From NCBI RefSeq assembly GCF_009914755.1, contig NC_060931.1: a DNA stretch of 64,000 nt. One strand, 5' to 3'. The stretch is from the human T2T-CHM13v2.0 reference genome, Homo sapiens. The notes below the pieces were generated by a model, which worked only from the letters and a program-made list of their open reading frames with translations, was not told the origin of the DNA and made no database searches. Within the stretch, counting starts at the first letter, position 1. The number at the start of each line of letters is the position of its first letter. Positions 43,621 to 58,855 of the stretch are shown here, one piece after another. The translations under genes were made by a program, and so were the position numbers.

Positions 43621-45013
43621 TTTTTTAATTGTTGATTGTAGGATTTCTTTATTTATTTGGGATACAAGTTTTTTGTTCGAAAATGGACTACTCATTTTCT
43701 TAATGGCATATTTTATCAGAAAGTTATAATTTTGATGCAGTGTAGTGTATCACATTTTTTTTTCATGGCTAGTGCTTTTTGTGTCTTTTTAAAAATGTTT
43801 TTCTTTTTGTGTGTGTGTGTGTGTATGAGAGATAGATGTTATTGCCTGTCCAAAAGTCATGAAAATATATTTCTGTTTCTCTCAAGGTGCTTCATGGTTC
43901 TGGGTTTTTCCCATTAGGTCTGCAATCCATACCTCTTTCCTTTCTCTGTTGAATTAATGTGGTACCTTGGTTGAAAGTCAACTGACTATATACGTATGTG
44001 GGTCTATTTTCAGATTCTCTTGTTTCATTGATCTATTTTTCTGCCTTCATGCCAAATCCATCTTTCTTAATTACCATAGCTTTGTAGTAATCCTTAAAGT
44101 CATTTTATATATACCTTCCAACTTTGTTCATTATTTTCCCCAAGATTGTTTTGACTGTTTGAAGTTCTTTTTTATACAAATCTTACATCACATTGTTTAT
44201 TTGTACAAACCTAATTAATTTTAGCCTAATTAAATTGCGACTGGGGCAGCCTCTAAATATAAATTTTGGAAGAATGAACATCTCAATAATTATGGTTCTT
44301 ATAACCCAAGAACATGGTGTATCTCTTTATATGGGTTTTCTCTAATTTCTCTCAGCAATGTTTTCTGTAGTTTTCAATGTAGAAGCCTTGCACATTTCTC
44401 ATTAGATTTATTTTTAGATGGTTGATGTGTTTTTTATTCTATTTTATATAATAATTTTTAAATTTCATTTCCCAGTGTTTTTGGCTGGTACATAGAAATT
44501 TATTGATTTTTAAATATTCACCTTTTATCTTGGGGCTTTGCTAAATTTACTTAGTACATTTAGTAGTTTTTAAATAAATATATACTCTACAGGGCTTCCT
44601 GTGTACAGAAATACATCATCTGTAAGTAATGACAGTTTTCTTCTCTTCCATTCTTTTTCTTTTTGTTCTTTATTTCCTTTTTTTGAGCTATTGAATTGGT
44701 TGGGCCTCCAGCACAGTGTTGAATAGAGGTAGTGAGACATCCTTGTCCATTTACATTCTTTGGTAAGAGTAATGTTTCTCCAGTAAATATAATGTTAGTT
44801 GAATGTTTCTTGGAGATGCCCCTTATCAGATAGAGGAAAATCCTTTCCATTACCACATGCAGAGAGTTTGCATCTTAAATCAGCATTGAGCTTTCTCCAA
44901 TCTCATGAGATGACCATGCCATTCTGTTATTGTGGTGAATTTTCGAAAGTTACGCCAACTTTGCATTCCTGAATAATAAACAATTGGTTATGAATTATCC
45001 TTTAAGTGTGTAC

Positions 45014-45039
45014 GTGTGTGTGTGTGTGTGTGTGTGTGT
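45014..45039. repeat. (GT)n microsatellite
   Basis: About 13 GT units. Confidence 0.92.
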
Positions 45040-45395
45040 ATTTTTGGCTGGATTCTATTTGCTATTATTTTGTTAACAAATTCTACATTTATGTTTATCA
45101 GGTACATTTGTCTGTAATTTTCTTTTTCTATGATATCTTTGCCAGATTTTGAAATCAGGGTATACTCCTTAGAAGGAGTTGGAAAGTGATCCATTTATAT
45201 CTATTTTGTGAAAGAGCTTATGTTAGACATCACTGGTGATGCATCTGGGCTTGAAGTTTTCTTTATAGAACATTTTTTATTGTAAATTGATTTCTTTTAT
45301 ACATATGCAGCTGTTTAGTTTTTTGGGCTCTTCCTTTCTTGTGTCAGTTTTGGAAGTTTGTATTTTTCAAGATATTTGCCCATTTTAAGTAATTC

Positions 45396-45563
45396 AGCAT
45401 GTGGCAAATTACAAACCTCTGGCCAAATCTGGCCCAGTGTCTATTGTCTGTGGCTATTTTCACATCACGATGGCAGAGTGGAGTGGCTGTGACAGAGACT
45501 GCATGGCCTACAAATCCAAAAATATTTACTATCTGTTCCTTTTCAGAAAAAGGGCCACACTTG
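45396..45563. mobile_element. MER58-like hAT MITE (internally deleted)
   Basis: ggccaaatctggccc...aaaatatttactatctg motifs. Confidence 0.7.
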
Positions 45564-46420
45564 GCCTATGCTTTTCAATTTACTGATGTAAGTTGGTCAT
45601 GCTATTTCAGTATTATCCTCAGAACATCTGGAAGATCTGCCCAGATGTCCTACTTTCATTTCTGGGGTTCGTAATTTATTTTTTTTCTCTTTTTTTTCTT
45701 AATTGGGTTTTCTAGGTGTTTATCAATTTTATTTCTGTTTTCAAAGAACTAATCTTTGACGTTATTGGTTTTCTCTATAGCTTGTTTTATATTTCACTTA
45801 TCTCTGCCCTTATTTTGATTATTTCCTTTCTTCTACTTACTTTGAGCTTAATTTGTTCCTCTTTTTCAAGTTTCTTACAGTGGGCGTTTATTGACTTTAT
45901 ACCTTTTTCTTTTCTAATATAAGCATTTAAAGGAACTTTTATAACTTAAAAAATATCTACCAGAAACCTGCAGAGAAAATCATACTTAATGGTGAAACAT
46001 TAGAATCATTTCCATTAGTGTCAAGAATCAGGTAATGATGCTCACTATATCTGACATTCGTTGCTCAATATTGCACTGGTGGTTTTAGCAGTAGGATTAA
46101 AGGAGAAGTAGGAAGTGAACACTGAAAAGAGGACAACAAACTGAGATTCAACAACCCATGTTCTGATAGTTTTAAGAGCATGGGACTTGGTCTCTTTGTC
46201 ATTTCCTTTGCTCTGGCTGGCGGAAATGAAAATTCATTGTTTCTGATATTGCTGAAGGTGAAACTGGTGGGTTTCAAGATGAGAGGTCCTCGTTGCTGTT
46301 ATGAAACAAGAGGAACTTCAGTATTATGTCTTGTTAGAAAGGGATCCAGGATCCTGGTAGCTGATCTCCAAGGTGCTATAGCAATTATATTGTAATGTTC
46401 ACTTTGATCTGCTAAGCTGA

Positions 46421-46732
<312 letters not shown>

Positions 46733-47389
46733 TCCAGATCTCAACTTTTCTGCAGAGTGGCCTCTTCCAGCTTCTTTGCCACCATGGCTTGGGTGTCCCC
46801 ATATTGGGAGATATGCCATGGCTGATGCTGGTAAAACTGCAATGCTTCTGCTGCAAGGAAGATTTTTTTTCTTTGTTGCCTTATTTAAACCTATAGTATT
46901 TAGGGACACACTCTTTAAATTCACGGTATGGCCTCTTTCTACCATGCTGCCATGGGAGCCAGGACAGGAAAAAATGGGGGACCAGCCACCACTATGTATC
47001 AGGAACCACTGCTTCTCTCTGACCTTAAGTCTGTTACTTTCTAGGTCTGACATTGTCCTACATGGTGAACCCACTGTCATCCTACCAAGCTCGCTGGCCC
47101 TCTTTGGGAACACTGTAGTCCTTTAGATATGTGTATCCTATAAACCCCAATGGTGGTCAAGATTGTGTCTTTTCCTTTTTCTTTTTTTCACGGTGTGTGA
47201 CATAGAAGGTGTAAGATCTTGTCTTTTTGTTAGGAAGCATTTCTATGTTTATATAAATAAGAGAATTCATAAGTGGGGTATACTGAGTTATCTCTCTCTA
47301 CTTACCACAATCATTGGAGGCCAGCTCTTGCCTGGTCTGATACCCTGTTATCCACATAAGAAGGTTTAGTATTTGTAAAATATACAGTG

Positions 47390-47580
47390 AGATCTTAGAA
47401 TTGTGTACTAGACCCTGGCTCCACCGTTTATAACTGTGTGATCTCAGGCAGGTAATCTTATATTCTCATATGTAAAACTGGAATACTAATCGTGCCTACT
47501 TCGTAGAGTTGTGATGATTAAATTAGAAAACACATACACAGTACACATGTACCCATACAATGCCTGTCAGTCAGTGCTTT
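47390..47580. mobile_element. MIR
   Basis: taactgtgtgatctcaggcagg...ttctcatatgtaaaactggaatactaat MIR core. Confidence 0.7.
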
Positions 47581-48084
47581 TATTATCTGCCGACATCATC
47601 AAAGAGGAACTAGAGCAATGGCCATCAGGCTGATGTCCCTCCCCCCACAGCATCCTCCAGCTAGGAGGGAAGGGTGATCTCCACTGCCCAGAGCATTTCT
47701 CCATCTCTGCTCTGGGTCCCTTCTGCTCTGACCTCTCTCAAGGCTGCCCTGACTTTCTTTCCTCCTGTTTCTTCGGTTTCTCGCTCTTGCTCATTCCCAT
47801 CAGTAATTAAACATGCCCAACTCCCTCATTACTCAAAACAAAATAATAACCAAAAATTGTCCACTCATGCCACATCTTTTGTTTCCTGCCTTATCTTTGT
47901 TTTATTATAATCAAGCTTGCTGACCTATACTTGCTCTTTCCTTTTTCTCATCACCACAACCTATTTCTACCACTTGATTGAGTCTATTTCTGTTTTCTTT
48001 AACTTAGAAAATACTTCCTACTTCTTCACATACTCTGTTCCTTTATATTCATGTTTTTTTTTTGAATTCTAGTTTTCTACCTAG

Positions 48085-48761
<677 letters not shown>

Positions 48762-48789
48762 CGATCTTTCTTTTTCCTTCCCTTTTCTT

Positions 48790-49760
48790 TTCCTCTTTTC
48801 TTTTTTCACACATCCCTGACTAATTTCATCCACTTTTATGGCTGCTCAGTTTCCTTTGCTCCAGTCTACATCTCTCTCCTGAAGCACAGCCAGAAGCAGA
48901 TAGGGAATTTTCACTGAAGTCTCACACGCACACCCAATCTAAAAGATCCAGTGCACATTAGCTCTTCTCAAACTTGCCTCCCAACGTGCCCAACTGCAGA
49001 AAAAAAAAAGAACAAAAAACCAACATACTTCACTAGTTGCTCACACTAGAAGCCCGCTTGACTCTTCTTTTCCTCAATAGCCAATCAACCACCAATTCTG
49101 TCACTGTTCTGAAGATCCCTATTCTCACTGCCTTCTCCAACTGCTTTGATAATGTCCTAGACCAAGCCACTCTCTTTCATCTAAATGACTGTAGCATCCT
49201 CCTCACAGGTCTTTTCTTCCAGTCTTACCTTCCTCCAATTCATTCTTTACAGTATAGCCAGAGAAATAATTTAATAACACAAATCTCATTATCACCCCAC
49301 TTTCTAGACCTTTCAGCACCATCTCATTGTCCTAACTGAGCTGGGCAAGCCCTGCATGCTTGGGCACTTGCCTTCCTCTGCAGCATCCTTACACACCCCT
49401 CCTTCCTACGCCGCCCACTCCTGCCATGGGTGACCTCTTTCAGTTTTTCCACAGAGCCACCCGATCCATTCAGGGCCTTTACACAGGCTGCTTCCTGTGG
49501 CATAACGACTGCCTCCCTGCTGGCCAACCCCTAAATTCTTGTCAACCTAAATCCTGCTCATTCTTTAGGTCTTAGTATACATTCCTCTAAAGTGCCTTTC
49601 TAATCCCTATATCAGGCAAGGCCTTATTTCTGTGTGCTGTCAGCATACTTTCTACTTGCCCTAGCAAAACAATTTTAATTATTTATCTGCATTCCTTCTT
49701 GTCCTGTAAGGTCTGGAAACAAGAACCACATTTGTCATCTTGTATGAGTGAGTGAATGAG
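48790..49760 (+). mobile_element. L2 fragment
   Basis: Pyrimidine-rich L2-like sequence ending in tgagtgagtgaatga. Confidence 0.65.
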
Positions 49761-49829
49761 AGAACAAAAAACTGTTGTTTTGGTGTGTATTGTTGCTGTC
49801 GTTCGTTTGTTCATTTCTTCATCAGTTCC

Positions 49830-50300
49830 TACAGCGAGTGTTGATTTGGACACATGCTTTATGCTGGCCGCTATGCTAAGCATGAGAACATAACACAGAA
49901 TGAGACAGATGTGGGCCTTGCTCCTTTAGAGTTTAGGGTGGAGGAGACAAAGAAATACATGATTGATAGGATACTCATAAGTTCCATAAAGATAATAAAA
50001 TAGAAACATTTAGAATAAATAGATAGGGGGTAATAGTAAATAGAATGGCCAGGGAAGGCCAATTTGAGGAGGTAAATTTGAAGTACAGCTTTGAATAATG
50101 AGAGGAAGCCAGTCATACAAGGATTAGAGGGAAGATGACTCCCGGAACATGAAGTGGTTGCTGTGGCCTTAAAACAGCTGTGATAGGAGAACAGAGAGAA
50201 GGCCAGCATGGTTAGTGAAGTGAGATAGGAAAGGAGTGGTGTGAGGTCATGGAAGACTTTGTGCTCCAGGAACAAAAGTTTGGATTTTACTCTAAGTTGG
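49830..50300 (-). mobile_element. L2 fragment
   Basis: gagaaggccagcatggttag...tttggattttactctaagt antisense L2 motifs. Confidence 0.65.
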
Positions 50301-51291
50301 GCTTATTTCTAGTTCAAGATACATGCTGTACTTGCACTCTAATGAAGCCAAGATGTCCCAGGAAAATAGCCACTTGAGTTTCAAAGGGGCGTAGGTAGAC
50401 TTGAGCCAAGACACCCTTGATCCAGTAGAAAATCATGTAACACTGTTGCGATCAGTGGCAAGAATATGTACTGATTACATGATAGGATATATTTTCTTAA
50501 AGCTGCTAAGGAGTGTTTTCTATGTCACAGACCATAAACTTATATACAAGTACAGTACTGACCATAATGATTGCTATCTCTTGCCACTGCCCAAATAATA
50601 GACATTTTATAACTACATTATATAACTGTGGGTACAGAATTTTATTACTTACAAAAGAGTATCATCAGAGAAGGTTTAATCTTGATACACAGTATAAGAT
50701 CCCCAGCATATGATGCTGTGCAGATTATGTTGACAAGCTGTGTTTTTAATCATCTTCCATTTGACTGCACTTCTGTGAAAAATGAATCAATAATGCAGAA
50801 ATCACAGGTTGTTGGGAGGCTCAGGCAAGACAATGCGTGTGAATGCACTTACAATTATACGTGTTCTTATAAGGCATATGATATTATTACTGTTGTTACA
50901 ATCAACTTTATTTTAAACCAAATACTGGTAGTGGTGTAAGATTGGATACTGCAAAGACCGGATATCTTGACCCAGATGAGAAAATATCCAAGGCCTAAAT
51001 ATCTCTTTTCTCACTAAAGTGTATATTAATTTTCCCTAGAAACTTGCATAGGTATGGGTTGTTATTGTACATTAATTCATCTGTTCAGCATACACCCATT
51101 GAGCACCCACACTCTGACAGTTCTTCAGTGGCTCTGGGAAAAGGCATCGAATAAGATGGATGCTGTCGTTGCCTTTGTGGAACATAAAATCTAGGGGATG
51201 ATGAGCAGTGAACATATTAGACATAAAACAATAATCACATCTGCTTTTTAAACATTTAACTACTTTTTAAAGATGCAATGTATTAAAAGTA

Positions 51292-51860
<569 letters not shown>

Positions 51861-51869
51861 AGGTTAAGG

Positions 51870-53690
51870 TACATCATTGCCAACAAGATCTTTTGACTTT
51901 TTTATTATAGCCAGTGTAATGGGTGTGAGGTGATAGCTCATTGTGGTTTTGATTTCTCTAATGATTAGTGATTTTGAGCATCTTTTCATATACTAGTTAG
52001 ACATTTGTATGTTTTCTTTGGGAAAATGTCTATTCTGGTCCTTTGCCCATTGCTAATCAGCCTATTTGTTGCCGTTGAGTTGTATGAGTTCCTTATATAT
52101 TTTAGATATTAATTCCTTATCAGATATATTGTTTGTAAATATTTTCTTCCATTCCATAGGCTACCTTTTTATTTTGTTGATTTTTTTCTGTTGATGTACA
52201 GAAACTTTTTAGTTTGATATAGTTCACTTGTTTATTTTTTATTTTGTTGTCTATGTTTTTGGTGTCAAGTCCAAAAAATCATTGTCAAGACCAAAGTCAT
52301 GAAGCTTTTCCCACTTTTTTTTTTTTAAGGAATTTTACAGTTTCAGGTCTTATCTTTAAGTCTTTGATTCATTTTGAGTTTTTTTTGTGTGTGTATAGTG
52401 TAAGGGTCCAATTTCGTTCTTTTGCATGTGATGTCCAGTTTTTTCCAACACCATTAATGTAAGAGTCTTCTTTCTTCACTGTTTTTGGTGCCTATGCTGA
52501 AAATCAGTTGAAAAATTTATTTTTTAACTCTCTATTCTGTTCCACTGGTCTATGTGCCTTTTTGTATGCCAGTACCACACTGTTTTGATTACTATAGCTT
52601 TGTAATATAATTTGAAATCAAGAGATGTGATGCCTCCAGCTTTGTTTTTCTTGCTTAAGATTGCTTTGGCTATTCAGGGTCCTTGGTGATTCCATACAAA
52701 TTTTAAGATTGTTTTTTCTACATCTGCAAAAAAAAAAATGGCATCAAAATCTTGATGCAGTTGAATTAAGTCTACAGAGAACTCTGGGCAGTACAGAGAT
52801 TTTAACAAATATAAATTATTCTAATCCAAGGGCATAGGATCATTCCATTTATTTGTGTCTTTAATTTTTTTCCTTGGAGTTTTGTAGTTTTCAGTGTATG
52901 GATCTTTGACCTCCTTGGTGGTTGGTAGGAAGTAGTATAGCCATTATGGAAAACATTATGAACATTCCTCAAAATATTAAAAATAGGACTACCAAATGAT
53001 CCAGCAATCTCACTTCTGGGTATATAGGTAAAGGAAATAAAATCACTGTCTTGACAAGATATGTGCACTCCCGTGTTCATTGCAGCTTTATTCACAATAG
53101 CCAAGATGTAGAAAAAACCCAAGTATTCATTAATAGATGGATAAAGAAAATGTGTAGACACTCATGCCCATGCACACACACACAGAGGAATATGATTTAG
53201 CCTTTACAAAGAAGGAATCTTACCATTTGTGACAACCTGGATGAATCTGAAGGGCATTATTCTATGTGAAATAAGCTAAACACAGAAAGACAAATACTGC
53301 ATAATCTCACTTATAAGTGGATTAAAAAAAAAAAGTCTAACACATAGTAACGGTACAATGGTGGTTACCAGAGGATAGGGATGGGGGAAAACAGAAGATA
53401 TTGGTCAAAGGGTACAAACTTTCAGTTATAGCATGAATAAGTTCTAGAGATCTAATTTAACATATGGCACCTATAATTAATAATAACGTAGTGTATACTT
53501 GAAATTTGCTAAGAGAGTAAATATCAAGTATTTTCACTTAAAAGATGTGTGAGCTGATGGATATGTCAGTTAGCTTGGTTGGGGTAATAGTTTCACAATG
53601 TATACCTACATCAAAATATCACGTTGTATACCTTAAACGTATACAATTTTTGTTTTCCAGTCATACCTCAATAAAGCCCAGGGGGTGGAG
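51870..53690 (+). mobile_element. L1MA/MB-like element with 5' inversion (antisense 51870-52918, sense 52919-53690)
   Basis: An antisense ORF2 segment abuts a sense ORF2-end/3'UTR segment ending atacctcaataaag. Confidence 0.82.
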
Positions 53691-54002
53691 AAATAGGGCA
53701 AATGCTTATAAAGCTGTCGTGTATCCTGAATATCTAGGGGACATATATTAATATTTTTATTTCTTTAAGCCAGCTTTCCTTTGTGTTTGACTCTAAGTCT
53801 GTCCTGAATGCTTCTTGCACAGCTACAGTTTCTCAGACCTGAAGGGATGGGTAGGTCTTGTGGAGGCTGGAGAGGGTCTTTGTGATGAATCTGAAGTCAG
53901 ACTGTTGGGATTTGAATTTCTCCTCCCTGGATTGGCAAATGTGGTTAATAGGGCTTTGACTCAATTTTCTCATCTGCAAAGTTCGGATACAGATTATCTT
54001 TC

Positions 54003-54130
54003 TTTTTTAAAAAATTTTATTATTATTATACTTTAAGTTTTAGGGTACATGTGCACAACATGCAGGTTTGTTACATATGTATACATATGCCATGTTGGTG
54101 TGCTGCACCCATTCACTCGTCATTTAGCAT
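54003..54130 (-). mobile_element. Very short young L1PA 3' end inserted in a MIR
   Basis: attatactttaagttttagggtacatgtgcacaacatgcaggtttgttac...ctcgtcatttagcatt. Carries the GAG (not ACA) diagnostic, so it is not L1HS-Ta. Confidence 0.9.
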
Positions 54131-55286
54131 TTTAAGATTAAGTGCAATGAGATCAGCAACGTGCTTAGTCAGTGCCTGGAACCTTCTTTGTTCTTATTTC
54201 ATGGAAATTGCACATGTTACAGTTATCTCTTCCTCCCTTTCTTCTCCCTTCTTATTCCAGCTGTATGACTTTCTCTAGCCTCCAGCCGCACGGCAATCTC
54301 AGGGAAGTTTGCAGGGTTTCGCATTTTCCGGGGCATGATAATAGTACAGTAGTGGACCTGTATTTTGACAGTAGGCTACAAAGGTTTGAGTCTCTGGTGA
54401 TCTGTCATATTCACTTACCACCAGCTTTCTTAGGTGCTAGCAGTTTGTCATTGACTGTCCTTTTGCAGAGCTGAAGAGAAAAGGGGATGGTATTGTTTCA
54501 CAGTATGATACCTGGAATAAGGCAGAAATATTGTTTTTGTAAATAAGGCTTGAGTAAGGCAGAAATCTTTTTGTGTAAATAACCATACTAACAAAATGAC
54601 CACCTAAGACAGCATCTTTCAAACCTCTCTGACCACAATTCACCATAAGAAATATTTTCTATTAGATCCAAGTTCACATGTTTATGTAGGTAGTCAAAAC
54701 GGAAATAAAACAGCATGAAACAATACATTCTCTTACTACCTGTGATACCGTATTTTCTATTCCATTCACTTCAATGAATTGTCATTCATGGCATTCCATT
54801 TTATTCCTTTCCATTCTATGAAAAAAGACCAGCAGTTTGAAAAATATTTATCTACGAGTTCGACGGACCTAAACAAGAATAAGAATAAAGGAGGATATTC
54901 TTCATCTCTTAATTTTAAATATTTTTTCAGTAGTCATCACTATCTTGTATTTTTAAAAACCAAAGCAAACACAAATTGTTAGGTGAATGCTTTTCTAAAG
55001 AAAAATATAATTTGTCATTTAGCTTTTACTATGCTTTTTTGAAAGTTAGTCTAATTTGGCCTTTCAAGATTTGTAGTCATTTCCTTTCCAACAATGTTAT
55101 GGACCGGGCTATCATTAGGGTAGAGGGTCAGTCCAGTGCAGCCGGGAAACCCTGTGTCTTCCCTGGCTTTGTCATTACTCACAGGTTCTCTTGTCCTTCA
55201 TCTGTGTGAGGGGGTAATAATATTGTGATTTCTACACCAAGGTTCTTTGAGGTCCAGCTGGGGTAACATATTTGAAATTGTTTTGT

Positions 55287-55600
<314 letters not shown>

Positions 55601-55687
55601 TCAGCCTTTACAAATACGAAGAATTTGGGGCTCTTAAATTCTGTATTTGTAACCCTTCTCTCCTTTTTAAAAAATGATTCCTTCTAG

Positions 55688-55819
55688 ATTTCTCAGCTGA
55701 ATACACTGATTACACTTTTGCTGGGAGAACTTCCACCTGGAGACAGACAGAAGATCATGACAATTTGTACCATAGATGTCCATGCCAGAGACGTGGTGGC
55801 AAAACTTATTTCTCAGAAG
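55688..55819 (+). CDS. DNAH11: Dynein heavy chain coding exon F (132 nt, phase 0/0) with GC donor; not in ORF track
   Basis: Acceptor gattccttctag|ATT, donor AAG|gcaagt. Hand translation [44 protein letters not shown] (IDVHARDVV motif). Confidence 0.92.
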
Positions 55820-56386
55820 GCAAGTTGTTTGTAGAAATTTTATGTATTCATTATTGTTTCCTGAAAGTGGTGTTTATTGCCAGAGTAGTTCCAAGAAAGT
55901 CGTTGTTTTTTTGAAAGTTTGTATGTTTTAATTAGTCCTGAAAAGTTGTGTTTGTCTTGGGTGCATTTGATTTTGGTTAGCCAATATATTATTCTGATGA
56001 GACCTATTCCAAGTGATATCCCAAAAGGTTTTGCCAAGTTAGGAACATCAGATCATCAAAAAAAATTTTATCACAGTGGAAGAACCGTGAGAAATCACTG
56101 TGTTCATCTCTCTGTGTGTGACCGTCTTGGTCATTGGCCTGTGAGCCTCAACTCTGTGACTTACACAGCCAATAGCAGTAAGATTATGTGTATGTGATTT
56201 AAACCATGTCTGTGTGCCTTTGATACATTTCCCCTTGAAGAGAGAGGTGTTGGTCATAATTCTAGGTTGTCACTTGGGTAATCCTTTGTCTCTTCCTTGA
56301 ACAACTAAATTATTGTCTTGTAAGAAGTTATTTTCTAATTCTTTTAGTATACTAATAACCTTTCTTTTATATATCTTTAAAAAGTC

Positions 56387-56769
<383 letters not shown>

Positions 56770-57925
56770 CTATTTACAAAAGTCAGGAGTATGCTTGTCT
56801 ACTGGGTTACGCTTGTTTGGTAGTATTAAAACAAGGCAATTCCTTTCACAATTCGAATGCCTGTACGTATTGTGAAGTGTTTCTGTGTTTTTTTCTGGGT
56901 TTTTTTCTCAATTTATTAAAAGCAAAGTGAATTTTAATTATTTTCATAAAGTGCAAGAAAATGCTTTTCATATGAACCATAAACATATATTAACATTCCT
57001 TGATCCAGCTTCAGGACCACTAGTGAGCAATATTCTTTAATTGCTAGTCCAAAACTTTTCCTTGCAAAACATCGCTTACCATGTGTTCTGACTTTGATAA
57101 TGAACTGTTTATATCTAACTACTCCTTTAATATGGCCTTGTATCTTCTTATATATTTTATTCTATTTTATAAGTCTGATGATTTCAAGTAGGATAAATTC
57201 TGATTTAAAATATGTCCTTTATTTTGTACTAAAAAATACTTTGTCTAATACCCAACCATCTAATATACGTGAATATGCAATGCTGAAACCTGTGTAGTCA
57301 TCAGACAAATTAGTATACAGTAATTTTGGTAAGTTCAACTGATTCTCAAGAAATCCAAGGGTCACATTTATCTTGAAAGAGACAGGGATTTTTAACTGGA
57401 AGATGAATGGTTAGGATTGAGTAGATGGGAAAGAACAGCAATGAAAAATACTGTTATTTGATGTGATTAAAAACAAAGCAGAAAATCTCTGTACTAAAAG
57501 CAGATTGGTTTTAGAATGAACTTGGTTGAAAATGTAGTTTATTTATGCCTCTGCGATGCAGAAATTATGGATTATGTGTCATTTAAATATAGACAGTATA
57601 TTTTTCCATCTGACTTCAGTGATATGAGTATAAAGTTACAAGATTTATCTAATCCCCTGGGGTGATTCATAAAAGAGGAAAAAGCATTGCTTGAAGAAAT
57701 TCATATTGTTTTACATAAAAGCCAGTTTAAAATGAAGACTTATTACACGCATATTTCTTATTAAGTATTTAACCATGTATATGCTATTATAATTTGCAAT
57801 AGCGTGCAAGAGATTTCCTATTTATGAGAATTTTAGAAATGTGAACCAGTAGAGTTGATTAGATTAATAACTTGTTGCCCCAAACTACCAGTGTCCTGCG
57901 TATGATGATTATGCAATGCCTTTAG

Positions 57926-58086
57926 GTTGTCAGTCCCCAAGCTTTTACATGGCTGTCTCAACTTCGTCACCGATGGGAGGATACCCAGAAACACTGCTTT
58001 GTTAATATTTGTGATGCCCAGTTCCAGTACTTCTATGAATACTTAGGAAACAGCCCTCGACTAGTGATCACTCCTCTAACTGACAG
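57926..58086 (+). CDS. DNAH11: Dynein heavy chain coding exon G (161 nt, phase 0/2); entry to AAA1; not in ORF track
   Basis: Acceptor aatgcctttag|GTT, donor CAG|gtaaca. Encodes [17 protein letters not shown]...[18 protein letters not shown](R) (YEYLGN and [10 protein letters not shown] motifs). Confidence 0.96.
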
Positions 58087-58474
58087 GTAACAATTCAAAG
58101 TTTCCGTCCAGATAGGAAAAACAACCCAAAAAAGTCCCCTAGTGTGAGAATGAAAAGGAAGGAATGAGAGGAAACGATGAACAATGAACTATGTGAAAGT
58201 GGTGAAGAGAATTGAATTAGAGAAACAGAGTTACAGAAGCTATACAATGCACAAATGATGAAATCATGAGTGGATTAATATGGCTCAAGGAAGCATTGTT
58301 GATTCTGCCTAGTTATCTACAACTAACTTTCTGGTATCAGGATCTATCACCACCTCCCTCCACCCCCACAGGATTCCTTTACTGAAAGTGTACAATAACT
58401 AGGAATTGCCTGTGTTCAAATTCATATTTGAGGAACTGCATACAGTGAAAGGAAGGGAAGGTGAAGAACATAGC

Positions 58475-58855
58475 ATTCATTAAATGATTCAACAAATACT
58501 TCTGAAGTACTCTGCTAAGTACTATTCCACTGTTGAACAGCCAGGGTTCCTGCTGTCACAGAGATTACTTTCTAGTAAGTGGGGGTAAAGAGAAACAATA
58601 AAAAAGTAAATTAATTATTTTAGGCTGTGATATATGCTATGACAACAATAAAAAAAGATCAATATGTTTAAAATTGTCTTGAAGGGAGAGCCTACTATTG
58701 TGGAGAGCTTGAGCTGGGACCTAAATGATGAGGAATCAGTTATGCAGAGATCCTGGGGCAGAAAGTTACAGGCAAGAGCAAGGACAAAGTTTCCAAGGTG
58801 GGAAGACACTTGGCCAGTTTCAGGGATAGAAAGAAAGCCAGTGTGGCTCAAGTAT
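58475..58855 (-). mobile_element. L2 3' fragment
   Basis: attcaacaaatacttctgaagtac...gagcttgagctgggacctaaatgatgagg...gaaagccagtgtggct. Confidence 0.7.

Larger units (their letters stand above)
42780..45930 (-). mobile_element. Ancient L1M ORF2/3' fragments (with nested Alu, MER58 and TG repeats)
   Basis: Minus ORFs resemble L1 ORF2 (KENYRQMYLININVEFVNKIIANRIQ; STNIIFTGETL). Confidence 0.8.

Noticed and set aside
54757-54820. Degenerate (CATTC)n resembling satellite II/III
   Set aside because: Only about 60 bp and highly imperfect; ordinary low-complexity sequence.
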